Positions 19,590-28,797 of a DNA stretch of 64,000 nt are shown here, one piece after another. Source of the stretch: Longimicrobiales bacterium (GTDB lineage: Bacteria; Gemmatimonadota; Gemmatimonadetes; Longimicrobiales; Gaopeijiaceae); contig CBDCNQ010000004.1 of the NCBI GenBank assembly GCA_965219445.1, positions 768,001 to 832,000 of the forward strand, given 5' to 3'. The notes under the pieces are model-generated. The model was not told the DNA's origin and did no database searches. It saw only the letters and a program-made list of their open reading frames with translations. Numbering within the stretch: position 1 is the first letter of the stretch; each line of letters opens with the position of its first letter. The translations under genes and the position numbers were made by a program.

Positions 19590-21601
19590 CGGACCACCTC
19601 CGGGTCCACGGTGCTCGGCAAGGCATAAGCGATCACGTGGTCGCCCAAACTCGACCCTACGCCGTCGTGGCCTCCCACGGTGATCACCACGAACTGGCGC
19701 GCGCCTGGCCACGCTCGGTAGGTCATCGGGGACGACTGGGCCGATGCAGGGAGTTTCGTCTTCCACACGACCTCCCCGGTCGTGAGGTCGAAGGCCCGGA
19801 AACGCCGATCCATCGTTGCGCCAATGAAGACGAGGCCGCCCGTGACCAGAGGTCCGCCGAGATTCGGAGATCCCCAGCGGCCGGGAGACGGCACCTTCGT
19901 GATGTCGGTCATCGTCCCGAGCGGGACTTCCCAGGCGACCTCACCCGAGTTCATGTCCACCGCGTGGAGTACGCCCCACGGCGGCGGCGTGCACGGAATC
20001 CCCAAGGGCGACAGGAGTGGTTCGCGCTTCGCGGCGTACGGTGTACCCATCTGCGGCGCGACGGAGAATTTTGCGTCCTCGCCTGGTGCGGAGCTGGAAT
20101 CCGCGACCTCGCGCGGAATCAGCGTGGCGACCATCGCGAGGCGGTTCGTGTTCGTGATCAGGAGGCCCGTGGTCGGGTCGAATCCGGCTCCACCCCACTC
20201 CATCCCGCCGATGAAGCCCGGATTGGCGATCGTGCCACGCAGGCTCGGCGGCGCATACATCCCGTCCGAACGGTGACCCTCGATCTTGGCTCTGCACGCG
20301 GCCCGATCGACGGGTGTGAGGCCCCACGCGTCCTCAGGCTTCAAGCCGTGAGGAGCCAGCGAGCGTGGTAGTGTCGGGACGGGCTGCGTGGGTGAGATGA
20401 CCTCCCCCGGCACATCCGAAGCGGGCACCGGGATCTCCTCGATCGGGAAGAGCGGCTCTCCCGTCTCCCGATGGAAGACGAAGACGTACCCCATCTTGGT
20501 CGTCTGGACCACGGCCGGGATGTCCTCGCCGTCGCGTTGCAGCGTGATCAGAGCTGCAGGACTGGGCAGGTCGTAGTCCCACAGGTCGTGGTGCACCATC
20601 TGGAAGTGCCAAACGACCTCACCGGTGAAGCCGCGAAGCGCGACCAGGGAGTTCGCGTACCGGTTGTCACCGGGCCGCAATCCACCGTAATGGTCCGGGC
20701 TGGGACTCCCCGTCGGGACGAAGAGCAGATCGCGCTCGGCATCCGCTGTGATGGTCGCCCACGTGTTGGCGGCTCCGAGCTTCACCGGCTCACCGTTCGG
20801 GAGCGTGTCGCCGACGCCGACGAGCGGCTCCCACGCCCACCGCGACGCACCGGTACGCGCGTCGAAGCCTCGGACGACCCCGGACGGGGCGTCCGCGTAG
20901 TTGCCGTCGAAGATCGTCGACCCGACCACGACCAGGTCGCCGATCACGGTCGGAGGTGCGGTGTGCTTGAGCTGAGTTCGGCGGCCCTCGATCCTGGCAA
21001 CGCCGACGCCGAGGTCCACGCCCCAGCCGCCAGCGAAGTCCGAGCAGGGCACGCCCGTCGAAGCGTCCAGAGAGAACAGGCGTGCATCGTACGCGGCAAG
21101 GAAGACCCGAACGGCACACTCCTCGCCGGAGGCGCGGGACTCGTCGGTCCAGACCGACAGGCCGCGCGAGGTCACCATGTTGTGGTGCTCGTCCGTTCGA
21201 TCTAGCTCGGGATCGAAGGTCCAGAGCTCGCTCCCCGTCTCGGCGTCGAGGGCGATGGCTCGGCTGAACGGGGTCATTATGTAAAGGACACCGTCGACCA
21301 TGACGGGGGTGGACTCGAACGCGGTCCCGGCGAGCCCGTCCTCGTGCTTCTGCACGTCGCCGGTCCGATACGACCAAGCGACGTCGAGATACGCGACGTT
21401 GTCGGCCGAGATGTCGGACAAGACCGAATAATGCGCGCCCCCGTTCCCATCCGACGTCGGCCAATCATGCGGTTCGAAGCCGGGAGTAAAGCTTGGTGAC
21501 GGGGCGGTCGTGGACACGAAACCCATCACGGTCAATAGGACGGCTACAATGGCAAAGCGCGGGGGTCCTGCCGCGCGGGAAAACCTTGAAATCCAAGACA
21601 T
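19586..21601 (-). CDS. PQQ-dependent dehydrogenase (glucose/quinate/shikimate family) with single N-terminal signal/anchor
   Basis: VAWSYRTGD, FESTP, LFVPTGSPSPD, WHFQMVHHDLWDYD, GGMEWGG, PCTPPPWG, GLVFIGA. Confidence 0.93.
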   Translation of the reverse strand: MSWISRFSRAAGPPRFAIVAVLLTVMGFVSTTAPSPSFTPGFEPHDWPTSDGNGGAHYSVLSDISADNVAYLDVAWSYRTGDVQKHEDGLAGTAFESTPVMVDGVLYIMTPFSRAIALDAETGSELWTFDPELDRTDEHHNMVTSRGLSVWTDESRASGEECAVRVFLAAYDARLFSLDASTGVPCSDFAGGWGVDLGVGVARIEGRRTQLKHTAPPTVIGDLVVVGSTIFDGNYADAPSGVVRGFDARTGASRWAWEPLVGVGDTLPNGEPVKLGAANTWATITADAERDLLFVPTGSPSPDHYGGLRPGDNRYANSLVALRGFTGEVVWHFQMVHHDLWDYDLPSPAALITLQRDGEDIPAVVQTTKMGYVFVFHRETGEPLFPIEEIPVPASDVPGEVISPTQPVPTLPRSLAPHGLKPEDAWGLTPVDRAACRAKIEGHRSDGMYAPPSLRGTIANPGFIGGMEWGGAGFDPTTGLLITNTNRLAMVATLIPREVADSSSAPGEDAKFSVAPQMGTPYAAKREPLLSPLGIPCTPPPWGVLHAVDMNSGEVAWEVPLGTMTDITKVPSPGRWGSPNLGGPLVTGGLVFIGATMDRRFRAFDLTTGEVVWKTKLPASAQSSPMTYRAWPGARQFVVITVGGHDGVGSSLGDHVIAYALPSTVDPEVVR

Positions 21602-21665
21602 GTGAGCCTCCGGTATCGGTGTGCGTTACCATCGGTCTCACGTTGTCGAATTAGCTGCCGGCTCT

Positions 21666-21830
21666 CTCTACGCCATCGTACGTAGAGCAGAGTCCCATTA
21701 CACGTAGGCTGCGCAGCCCCATGACGTAGCGTCGGGCGGAGCATGACGTATCCCCTCCGGCCGACGGACAACGGTCATGGCGCAACCCGTCTACGTAATC
21801 AGCACGCACGTGGTACGTCACTTGGCGTAG
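21666..21830. promoter_or_regulatory. 22-bp-phased array of (C)ATGACGTAG-like boxes between divergent genes
   Basis: CGTA at 21681, 21703, 21725, 21747; reverse boxes at 21770, 21792, 21814; TACG-N8-CGTA inverted repeats at both ends. Confidence 0.6.
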
Positions 21831-21902
21831 GGAATCGCTGTCCCGATTGGACCATCCTTCCCGTACACACGAAGGACAACTACTCAAGGAAGGAGGGACA
21901 GC

Positions 21903-22655
21903 ATGTCACGCCACTTGGGGATCGCCCCTACACTTATTCTCATCCTGCTCCTGGCGGCCGGCAGAGCGGACACGCTCACGGCTCAGGAGTCGGGTCGCAC
22001 CATTCCCTGCGAATCATTGGATGACGATTCCGCCTACCCGCTCGGGTACGAGCAGACCTTGGACCTAGCGATCCAGGCCGTTCATATCGGGCGCGCAGAG
22101 CCTGAAAAGGATGATCGGAAGTGTTTCCTGCGAATGGCGGAAGCACTGGCACGGCACCTCGTCTTCGAAGATCCGAACGATCCCGAGGCGCGTTACTGGT
22201 ATTCGGCAGCGATGGGGCTTCGGGCAGCTGAGGAGGGAGGCCGCACTCAGGTTCGTCTCGCGGAACGTGCCCACGAGCAGTCCCGCCTCACCCTGACGAT
22301 CGCGCCGGATCATGCCGGTGCTCAGCACGTCCTGGGAAGGCTCCACGCCGCCGTGATGCGCCTGGGCGGTTTCAAGCGCTTCGTCGCAACCCAGATTCTG
22401 GGGGGGAAGGCCCTTTCCGAGGCATCCTGGGAGACCGCTGAATCCTTCCTGGCAGCGGCTGCCAAATTGCAGCCGGAGGTTCCAGACCATCACTACGAGC
22501 TGGGCATCCTCTACCTGGAAACAGATCGCCCCGCGTTGGCACTCGCGGCGTTCGAAGGCGTCTTGGCGTGCCCACCGACCCACCCCGCCGACCGGGCAGT
22601 GCAAGTAAGTGCCGGCGAGATGGTCGAGCGGTTGCGTCTTGAACTCGCGGCGTAG
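21903..22655 (+). CDS. Exported TPR-like protein
   Basis: AGGAGG SD; signal peptide; PEARYWYSAAMG, HAGAQHVLGRLH, HHYELGILY. Confidence 0.8.
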   Translation: MSRHLGIAPTLILILLLAAGRADTLTAQESGRTIPCESLDDDSAYPLGYEQTLDLAIQAVHIGRAEPEKDDRKCFLRMAEALARHLVFEDPNDPEARYWYSAAMGLRAAEEGGRTQVRLAERAHEQSRLTLTIAPDHAGAQHVLGRLHAAVMRLGGFKRFVATQILGGKALSEASWETAESFLAAAAKLQPEVPDHHYELGILYLETDRPALALAAFEGVLACPPTHPADRAVQVSAGEMVERLRLELAA

Positions 22656-22666
22656 GCGCCGGCGCC

Positions 22667-22700
22667 GGCGTGGGCTCGGCCCGGAGCCGAAGCCCGCGCC
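22667..22700. other. GC-rich hairpin after the TPR gene (no U-tract)
   Basis: GGCGTGGGCT/AGCCCGCGCC plus CGGC/GCCG stem with a CCGGA loop. Confidence 0.45.
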
Positions 22701-22834
22701 GCCCCTCTGCAGGGCCCTTCCCCTCCCTGGCAAGCTGGCCCGCCCAGTAGTACCGTGGGGCGTCCCGTCGCCACCGCCTGCGCCGATGGGCGGCTGGCAA
22801 GCCATGACCGGACAAACGAACTCGGGCTGGGGCT

Positions 22835-24190
22835 GTGATGAGAATGAACCTGGGACGACTCGATATCGCCGCCACCTTGACCGTCCTATGGGCTCAGGCG
22901 GTCTCTGGTCAGACCGCGGCAGGCACGCTTCTGAGCGCGACCCAGGCGGTGGCCGAGCTACCGGGCGCCCCGTCGATTGTCGCGGCGGCCGGGCTCACGA
23001 GGACCAACGAGCGCCTTCTCACCCTCGAGGAAGCCGGGGGGGTCTCAGATCGTGCAATGCGCCTAGTGATTGTAGGCGGACTCGACGGAACGGCCGAGAG
23101 CGCCGAGGCAGTGCTCGAAGCTCTCCACTGGTTCAAGACGGACGCCCCGGCTGCGCTCCGGCGCGCATGGTCGATCACCGCGCTGCCGTGCGCCGATCCC
23201 CAGCGCTGTTCGACCGTGTCCCCTGCCACCGGTCTTGCAGCCGGAGGCGCGCAGGTCTTCCCCCCAGAAGGCGGCTTCTACAACCACGATGCATCTCCCG
23301 AGTCGCGGTACCTGTGGCGTTGGGTTGCGTTTCAGGCGCCCGATCTGGTCCTGGAGGTTCGCTCTGGCCAGACTCTCTCCTGGGAGGTCTCGCAGGGTGC
23401 CGGCCCACTTCGCCTCGACGGCCCACGTCCCCCCAGCGGTACGCTCGCAGCTGCAATGTCGGCGGGTGCACCCTCGGGATTGGCTCCAGTCGCAGCGGTC
23501 CGTGTCTCGACAAGCATCGACGATGCGCCCCGCATGCTACGGTCCCTGCTCGAGGCAGCGATGTCACTCGGCCGGTCGCCGCTACACGACGCGCTATTCG
23601 CTAGAGTCAGCCGAACACCGGTTGAGATCGCAACGGTCCTGGCCGGCCGGTATCCGGCGTCACCGGCCGTGAGCTACATCCCCGCGGTGGCGTGGTCCAA
23701 CACTCTGCGATTGGCGGCCCGACTCGGGGACGCCGGACTCGTCGAAAACGTACGAAGCCAGATGGCACCGTTTCTTTCCGGAGAGATTGCGACGGTGACC
23801 GAGCCATACCGACTCACCAGCCTGGCCGGCCTCTTCGCGTTCCTGGACTTCTCGGTGCCCGGACGAAGCGACGGGGCGCTGAACGTCGCCATCACCGGCG
23901 CGGAGTTCATGTTCCCCCTATCCACCGAGGCGATCCTTCGGTCCCCGACCGGCTGGACCGACGACATGTTCATGGTGAGCAGCCTGCTGTCGCGTATCGG
24001 AGCCCATACCGGGGACGCTCGTTATGGCGCCACCGTGGGACGTCTCCTGGTCGATGTCTCCACCTCGACGGGAGCGGGCGAAACGAAGCAGTATTACCTC
24101 AATCGGACTGCCATATTCGGTGCCGACGATCGCGGTGGCGCGATGGCCCTGTGGGCGGCTGTGGAGATGGATGAGCTGCGCCGACAATGA
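22835..24190 (+). CDS. Exported degenerate M14-like domain + GH88/GH105-like domain with apparent in-frame internal deletion (probably non-functional)
   Basis: M14-like scaffold (VGGLDG, PESRYLWRW, PDLVLEV) without HxxE. GH88/105 motif WTDDMFM is followed about 25 aa later by the C-terminal VDVSTSTG...DDRGGAMAL; no WGRGNG segment. Confidence 0.65.
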   Translation: MMRMNLGRLDIAATLTVLWAQAVSGQTAAGTLLSATQAVAELPGAPSIVAAAGLTRTNERLLTLEEAGGVSDRAMRLVIVGGLDGTAESAEAVLEALHWFKTDAPAALRRAWSITALPCADPQRCSTVSPATGLAAGGAQVFPPEGGFYNHDASPESRYLWRWVAFQAPDLVLEVRSGQTLSWEVSQGAGPLRLDGPRPPSGTLAAAMSAGAPSGLAPVAAVRVSTSIDDAPRMLRSLLEAAMSLGRSPLHDALFARVSRTPVEIATVLAGRYPASPAVSYIPAVAWSNTLRLAARLGDAGLVENVRSQMAPFLSGEIATVTEPYRLTSLAGLFAFLDFSVPGRSDGALNVAITGAEFMFPLSTEAILRSPTGWTDDMFMVSSLLSRIGAHTGDARYGATVGRLLVDVSTSTGAGETKQYYLNRTAIFGADDRGGAMALWAAVEMDELRRQ

Positions 24191-27100
24191 GACAATCCAA
24201 CAACCGTAACGACGCCAACGACGCCATGGCATGCCGACCCGTCCTGAAGCCGCTCCCTCTCTTCTCACTGGTGTTGTCCTTCATGCTCGCCACCCCTTGG
24301 GGTGCGTCCGCGCAAAACCCAGCCGATTCCATCGTCCCGCCAGGCGACATCCGAGACGTTTTCGCCACCGGCTACGTGCTCGAGGACCGGAACAGCGACG
24401 AGGTGGTGGACTTCGTGAACGCCCGGATCCTCCTTCCGGCCGCACCCGGGGAGGCCCACGTGACGGCCGCGGCCAACTTGGCGGCCCGTCTGGGCTACGA
24501 GACATCGGCGATGAACCTCGGATTGACGGAAACGGGTGGGGACGGCTCGAGCCGCTTCGATGTTCCGGTCATTCTGATCGGCGAGGGCGCCGGCGGCACT
24601 GACGAGCTGCTCGATGGCCCCACGGCGCGCCTCGCACCCGGCCAGGGCGCCATCTCCTTCTTGCCGGAGGGCGGGCGTTTCATCCGCGGTGGTATCCGGA
24701 TTACCGGCTACGACGCCACGGGACTCATCGCCGCCGCCGACTACGCCTCCGGACGTTACCCCAGCGTGTGGGGAATCGAAGGCGACAGCTACAGTGATGT
24801 GGCCGAGCGGATCTCGACTTTTCTGGAACAGCGGGACGTTCGAGTCGATCGGCTCACCCTCGACCGGATCGTCGTAGATGCGACTCGGCTCGGGGTGAGG
24901 CGTCTCGTGGCCACCATCAGCGTTCCAGACAGCACCTCCTTCGCCAGAGCGGAGGCCGCGCTCGAGCCGCCGGATTCGGTCTCGGCGGCGGCGGACTCGG
25001 CGGCGGACGGCGGCCCCCCACCCGATTCCGCGTCCGAAGGAGACGGAGGGGACCCAGACCGCCTCAGCCGGAGCGACCTCGAGTTCGCCGACCTCCACCG
25101 GATCGATGCCGTCCTGTCTGGACCCGATGCGACTCGGACACTGCGCCTGCTCCCCGACGAGCCGACCGAGACGCTAGCTGGAGCCGAATTTTCCCCGCCG
25201 ACCGCATCCGACTTCACCCTCTCCGACCTCTATACCACTCGGGGTCTCTTCAGTGATACGAACGAGGACCTCGTTGCCGATCGGGTCGATGCCTACATCT
25301 CACTCCACGGTGCCGACGCACCATCAGGGCCGGTCGATCTCGCCGCGCGCATCGGGCTGGAGTCAGCGGGGATCCGGCTTCCCCTGGTCCGAACGGCGGG
25401 CCAAGACGATTACCCGGAGACCCTGGGCCTCCCGATCCTGTACGGAATCGGCCATTACCAAACCGAGAGGCTTCGGGGGGATGGCCAACTGCACACGGCC
25501 CGGGGGGAGCCGACCGAGGGGTTCGTCGAGATGGTCCCAGAGGCGTTCGACGAAGAGCACGCTCTTGTCATCTCAGGATCGGACACCGCCGGACTTGCCG
25601 CGGTGTCCGCCTACGTATCGCGGAGGCTTCCCTACCTCTGGGACCATGGCAAAGGTGAGTACAGGCTAGACGATGTTGAAAACGAGGTCCGGCGCTTCTT
25701 CCAGGGACGGGGGGGGCCGGCCCAACTCAGCCTGGCGATCCAAAAGGTTCGGACCTGGCTGGACCGCCTGGATGCGTCCCCGGCGGATGACTCCGTGAAC
25801 GGCCAAGCGGAGGACTCGGCGAACGCCCAAGCGGACGGCCCGGTGAACGCCCAAGCCGACGCACCCGTGGAGGCGATTGATCTCGAGATCTCCGCAGAGC
25901 AGATGCCTGACGGACTCGACCGGTTCGTGCGGGATCTGGTGGAGGAGCGCTTCCCCGAGGCGGAGGCTTCGGTAGCGACCTACGCGACGGGGTTCGGCGT
26001 GGGTGACACCATCTTCCGGCAAGACCTCGACCTCCCGTGGGAGGTGGACACCTTCCGAGACGCGTTCGCGAGCGAGGTGCTTCCCCGGATCGACCCCGGC
26101 GACGAGGGGCGAATCGAGGTGCGCGTGAGCGAGCCCCCCGAGATCCGGCAGGCGCTGGAGGCGGAGATCACCGCCGCCCTGGAGTCAAACGGCGCATCCC
26201 CAAGTGACTTCGATATCGAAGTGCTGAGCGCATACAAGCAGGGATTTAGCTGGCTCAATGACTCCGTCCTGCCACGACTTCGGGGTATGGCGATCGCAAG
26301 CATCGAGATCGCCTACCATACGCTGAAGGAATCCGAGGAAGTCCGGTGGCAGAGAGTCGCCTCCCACACTCGATGGCTCCAGGAGCTGTATCCGATCGAC
26401 GCGGTGCTCGCGCGGGAGCTCGGGATTGCCGAGTCGGCCATTACGTTCGTCCCCCGAGTCAATGACGATCCCATCTACACGGTCACGGTTCGAGGTACCG
26501 GTGGGGAAACATTACTGCAGGATTCCTTCACACCGAAGTACGTCGTTCGGCCCTTTTTCGACCTGTTCCCAGAGTACGAGCAGGTACGGGTCACCACGGG
26601 CTGGGTGAGGGTCGAAGTCGATGGGCAAGCGGTCCTCGACCGCCGTATCGAGACCGACCCGGAGACCTTCTGGGACATCCTTCAGACCGAGACGTACCGC
26701 AGGATTGTCGACTACGTCATGGACGTTCAGCAGGGCCGGCCCTCGTCCGCTAATGCTCCGTACTACGACGAGTTCCGGATCGATCTCAGAATGAGCGAGC
26801 CGAACTACCGGATCGGCATCGACGAAGAGGTGATCTCCTCATTGGAGGCATTACACGAGGACCTCTACTTCGAGACCCTGACGCTCTTCAACCTGATCGG
26901 TGGACGCTACGGGGCTGGGCCAATGAGCTACGGGGGACGGATTCTCCCATACATCGATCCCAACGGGGCAGGGAGGCCGGGGCACGCTACGATCTCATTC
27001 ACGGGCAAAGACAGGGCGATCCCCGAAGTGGAGATGACCGTGACGCGGGCAGATTCGGAGCCCGTAACCGAGCGTTACCGGCTGAGCAGCCTCCCCGTGG

Positions 27101-28620
27101 ACGCTCCGAAGCTCAGAGGCATCGCGGTCCGTGCAGGAGAGGAGGGGCTTTCGCGGATGCATTTCGACGTGGTGGTGAGCGACTCGACAGACCGCTACGA
27201 GGAATTCCGGAGCCGGGGCTCCGAGGAGATCATCGACCGGAGCTTCCTGTCCGTCGAGTTGCTCTCCGGGATGGTCGACGCTCTGCGGGACCTTCACCAG
27301 GACGGGATGATCGAGGAGGCATTGAGCTTCGATCGAGTCGAGGAACTGGCATTCCGCTTCACGCTGGAGGACAGCACGGCGTTTACGCGGATGGCCTCCC
27401 TGGCCCGCAGCCAGGGGCCTGCCTCGACGGACAATCCCGTGCTCCTCGACGAGGGGTTCCGATACCAAGGCGAGCGGATGGTACAATGGGACGCGCCCAT
27501 CCCGCCCGCGGAGAACGATCAGATCCTTGCCAAGCTGAACACGTTCCCAGGCGTGGACGTCTATTACATGGCGGAGTCGTTCCTGGGCCAGAACGTATAT
27601 GCAGCGGACTTTCTTCCACCCGCGGACGCCGAGTTCGTCTCTCAGGCGAAGCTGAACGCGCTGAAACCCACGCTGCTCCTGTCGGGACGACAGCACGCCA
27701 ACGAGGTCTCGAGCACGAGCCACATCCTTCGCCTCGGAGAGCTCCTCGCGACGGATTCCGCCTACGCCGATCTCCTCAAGAAAGTGAACGTCGTGCTCCA
27801 CCCGATCACAAACGCCGACGGTGCTCGCCTCGCGGTAGAGATGCAGGAGATCAACCCCGACTTCATGTTGCACGCCGGGTACCTGGGAGCGTTGGGGGTC
27901 GATGTCGTCGCCGGTCAGAACTCGGACGATCCGATCTACCCGGAGTCCAAGGTACGCCCGCGGCTCTGGGAGACGTGGCTTCCGGACATCTACATCAACA
28001 TGCACGGGTATCCCACGCACGAGTGGGTCCAGTACTTCGCCGGGTACAGTGCCTGGGTGAGGAGCCGCGACGGCGGCCAACGTGACTGGTGGTCCCCTCG
28101 CGGCTGGTTCATCCCGGGTTTCAACTGGGTCGATGACGACGACCACGAGGACATCACGACCGCCCAGTTCGCCATCCTGGATTCGGTGGCCGCGTCCATC
28201 ACGGGAGAGCCGGCAGTCGAGGAGATGAACCAACGCCTCTACACACGATATCGGAAGTACGGCGCGCAGGACGTTGAGAACTTTCGCGAATACTTCCACA
28301 ACGGCATGCTGATATCGCTCGCGCTCACGGGCCAAGAGGTGAGCGGCGACGGGCCCACGAACCCGCGCATCATGTACTTCGCGACAACGACCGAAGCACC
28401 CGACGAGACCGCTAGGGGAGAGTGGCTGCAGCTGGTAGCCACCGCCGGGTTGGCGCACAGCTCAGCGCTACTGCGCTACCTGGCCACCGGCGAGAATCGC
28501 ATTGAGAGGGATTCAAGCGAGTACGAGGGCTTCGTCACCCGAAGTGTGTTCCGGAAGAAGCCGATATTGCCCGCAACCTCCACTGAGGCGGAGGCGCCGG
28601 AGGACTCCGGTGTTCCTTAG
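24187..28620 (+). CDS. Very large exported M14 zinc carboxypeptidase-domain protein (1477 aa)
   Basis: Signal peptide (LFSLVLSFMLATPWGASA); C-terminal GRQHANE (HxxE), NADG, PES, DIYINMHG. Confidence 0.82.
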   Translation: MRQSNNRNDANDAMACRPVLKPLPLFSLVLSFMLATPWGASAQNPADSIVPPGDIRDVFATGYVLEDRNSDEVVDFVNARILLPAAPGEAHVTAAANLAARLGYETSAMNLGLTETGGDGSSRFDVPVILIGEGAGGTDELLDGPTARLAPGQGAISFLPEGGRFIRGGIRITGYDATGLIAAADYASGRYPSVWGIEGDSYSDVAERISTFLEQRDVRVDRLTLDRIVVDATRLGVRRLVATISVPDSTSFARAEAALEPPDSVSAAADSAADGGPPPDSASEGDGGDPDRLSRSDLEFADLHRIDAVLSGPDATRTLRLLPDEPTETLAGAEFSPPTASDFTLSDLYTTRGLFSDTNEDLVADRVDAYISLHGADAPSGPVDLAARIGLESAGIRLPLVRTAGQDDYPETLGLPILYGIGHYQTERLRGDGQLHTARGEPTEGFVEMVPEAFDEEHALVISGSDTAGLAAVSAYVSRRLPYLWDHGKGEYRLDDVENEVRRFFQGRGGPAQLSLAIQKVRTWLDRLDASPADDSVNGQAEDSANAQADGPVNAQADAPVEAIDLEISAEQMPDGLDRFVRDLVEERFPEAEASVATYATGFGVGDTIFRQDLDLPWEVDTFRDAFASEVLPRIDPGDEGRIEVRVSEPPEIRQALEAEITAALESNGASPSDFDIEVLSAYKQGFSWLNDSVLPRLRGMAIASIEIAYHTLKESEEVRWQRVASHTRWLQELYPIDAVLARELGIAESAITFVPRVNDDPIYTVTVRGTGGETLLQDSFTPKYVVRPFFDLFPEYEQVRVTTGWVRVEVDGQAVLDRRIETDPETFWDILQTETYRRIVDYVMDVQQGRPSSANAPYYDEFRIDLRMSEPNYRIGIDEEVISSLEALHEDLYFETLTLFNLIGGRYGAGPMSYGGRILPYIDPNGAGRPGHATISFTGKDRAIPEVEMTVTRADSEPVTERYRLSSLPVDAPKLRGIAVRAGEEGLSRMHFDVVVSDSTDRYEEFRSRGSEEIIDRSFLSVELLSGMVDALRDLHQDGMIEEALSFDRVEELAFRFTLEDSTAFTRMASLARSQGPASTDNPVLLDEGFRYQGERMVQWDAPIPPAENDQILAKLNTFPGVDVYYMAESFLGQNVYAADFLPPADAEFVSQAKLNALKPTLLLSGRQHANEVSSTSHILRLGELLATDSAYADLLKKVNVVLHPITNADGARLAVEMQEINPDFMLHAGYLGALGVDVVAGQNSDDPIYPESKVRPRLWETWLPDIYINMHGYPTHEWVQYFAGYSAWVRSRDGGQRDWWSPRGWFIPGFNWVDDDDHEDITTAQFAILDSVAASITGEPAVEEMNQRLYTRYRKYGAQDVENFREYFHNGMLISLALTGQEVSGDGPTNPRIMYFATTTEAPDETARGEWLQLVATAGLAHSSALLRYLATGENRIERDSSEYEGFVTRSVFRKKPILPATSTEAEAPEDSGVP
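25783..25869. repeat. Degenerate 24-bp tandem repeat (about 3.6 copies) in the M14 gene
   Basis: Encodes ADDSVNGQ/AEDSANAQ/ADGPVNAQ/ADAPV. Confidence 0.85.
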
Positions 28621-28797
28621 CGAGGAAAGGCTCCGGTCGGTGATCGTCCCGAAGGACTCCAGCCTGCCATAGGCTAGTACGAGTCCGCCCGTGCCCGGGA
28701 ACGGACGGGCGGCGCACAAGGTACACTTTCTAGCGCGGTGTTCCTTCTGCAACACTACGCCAGATCGTTACCTCGGCACCATCCGCCCTGAGGACTC

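Noticed and set aside
28621..28712. PKDSSLP* echo of the M14 C-terminus (PEDSGVP*) and an 8-bp hairpin
   Set aside because: The similarity is too short to call a duplication, and the hairpin lacks a U-tract.
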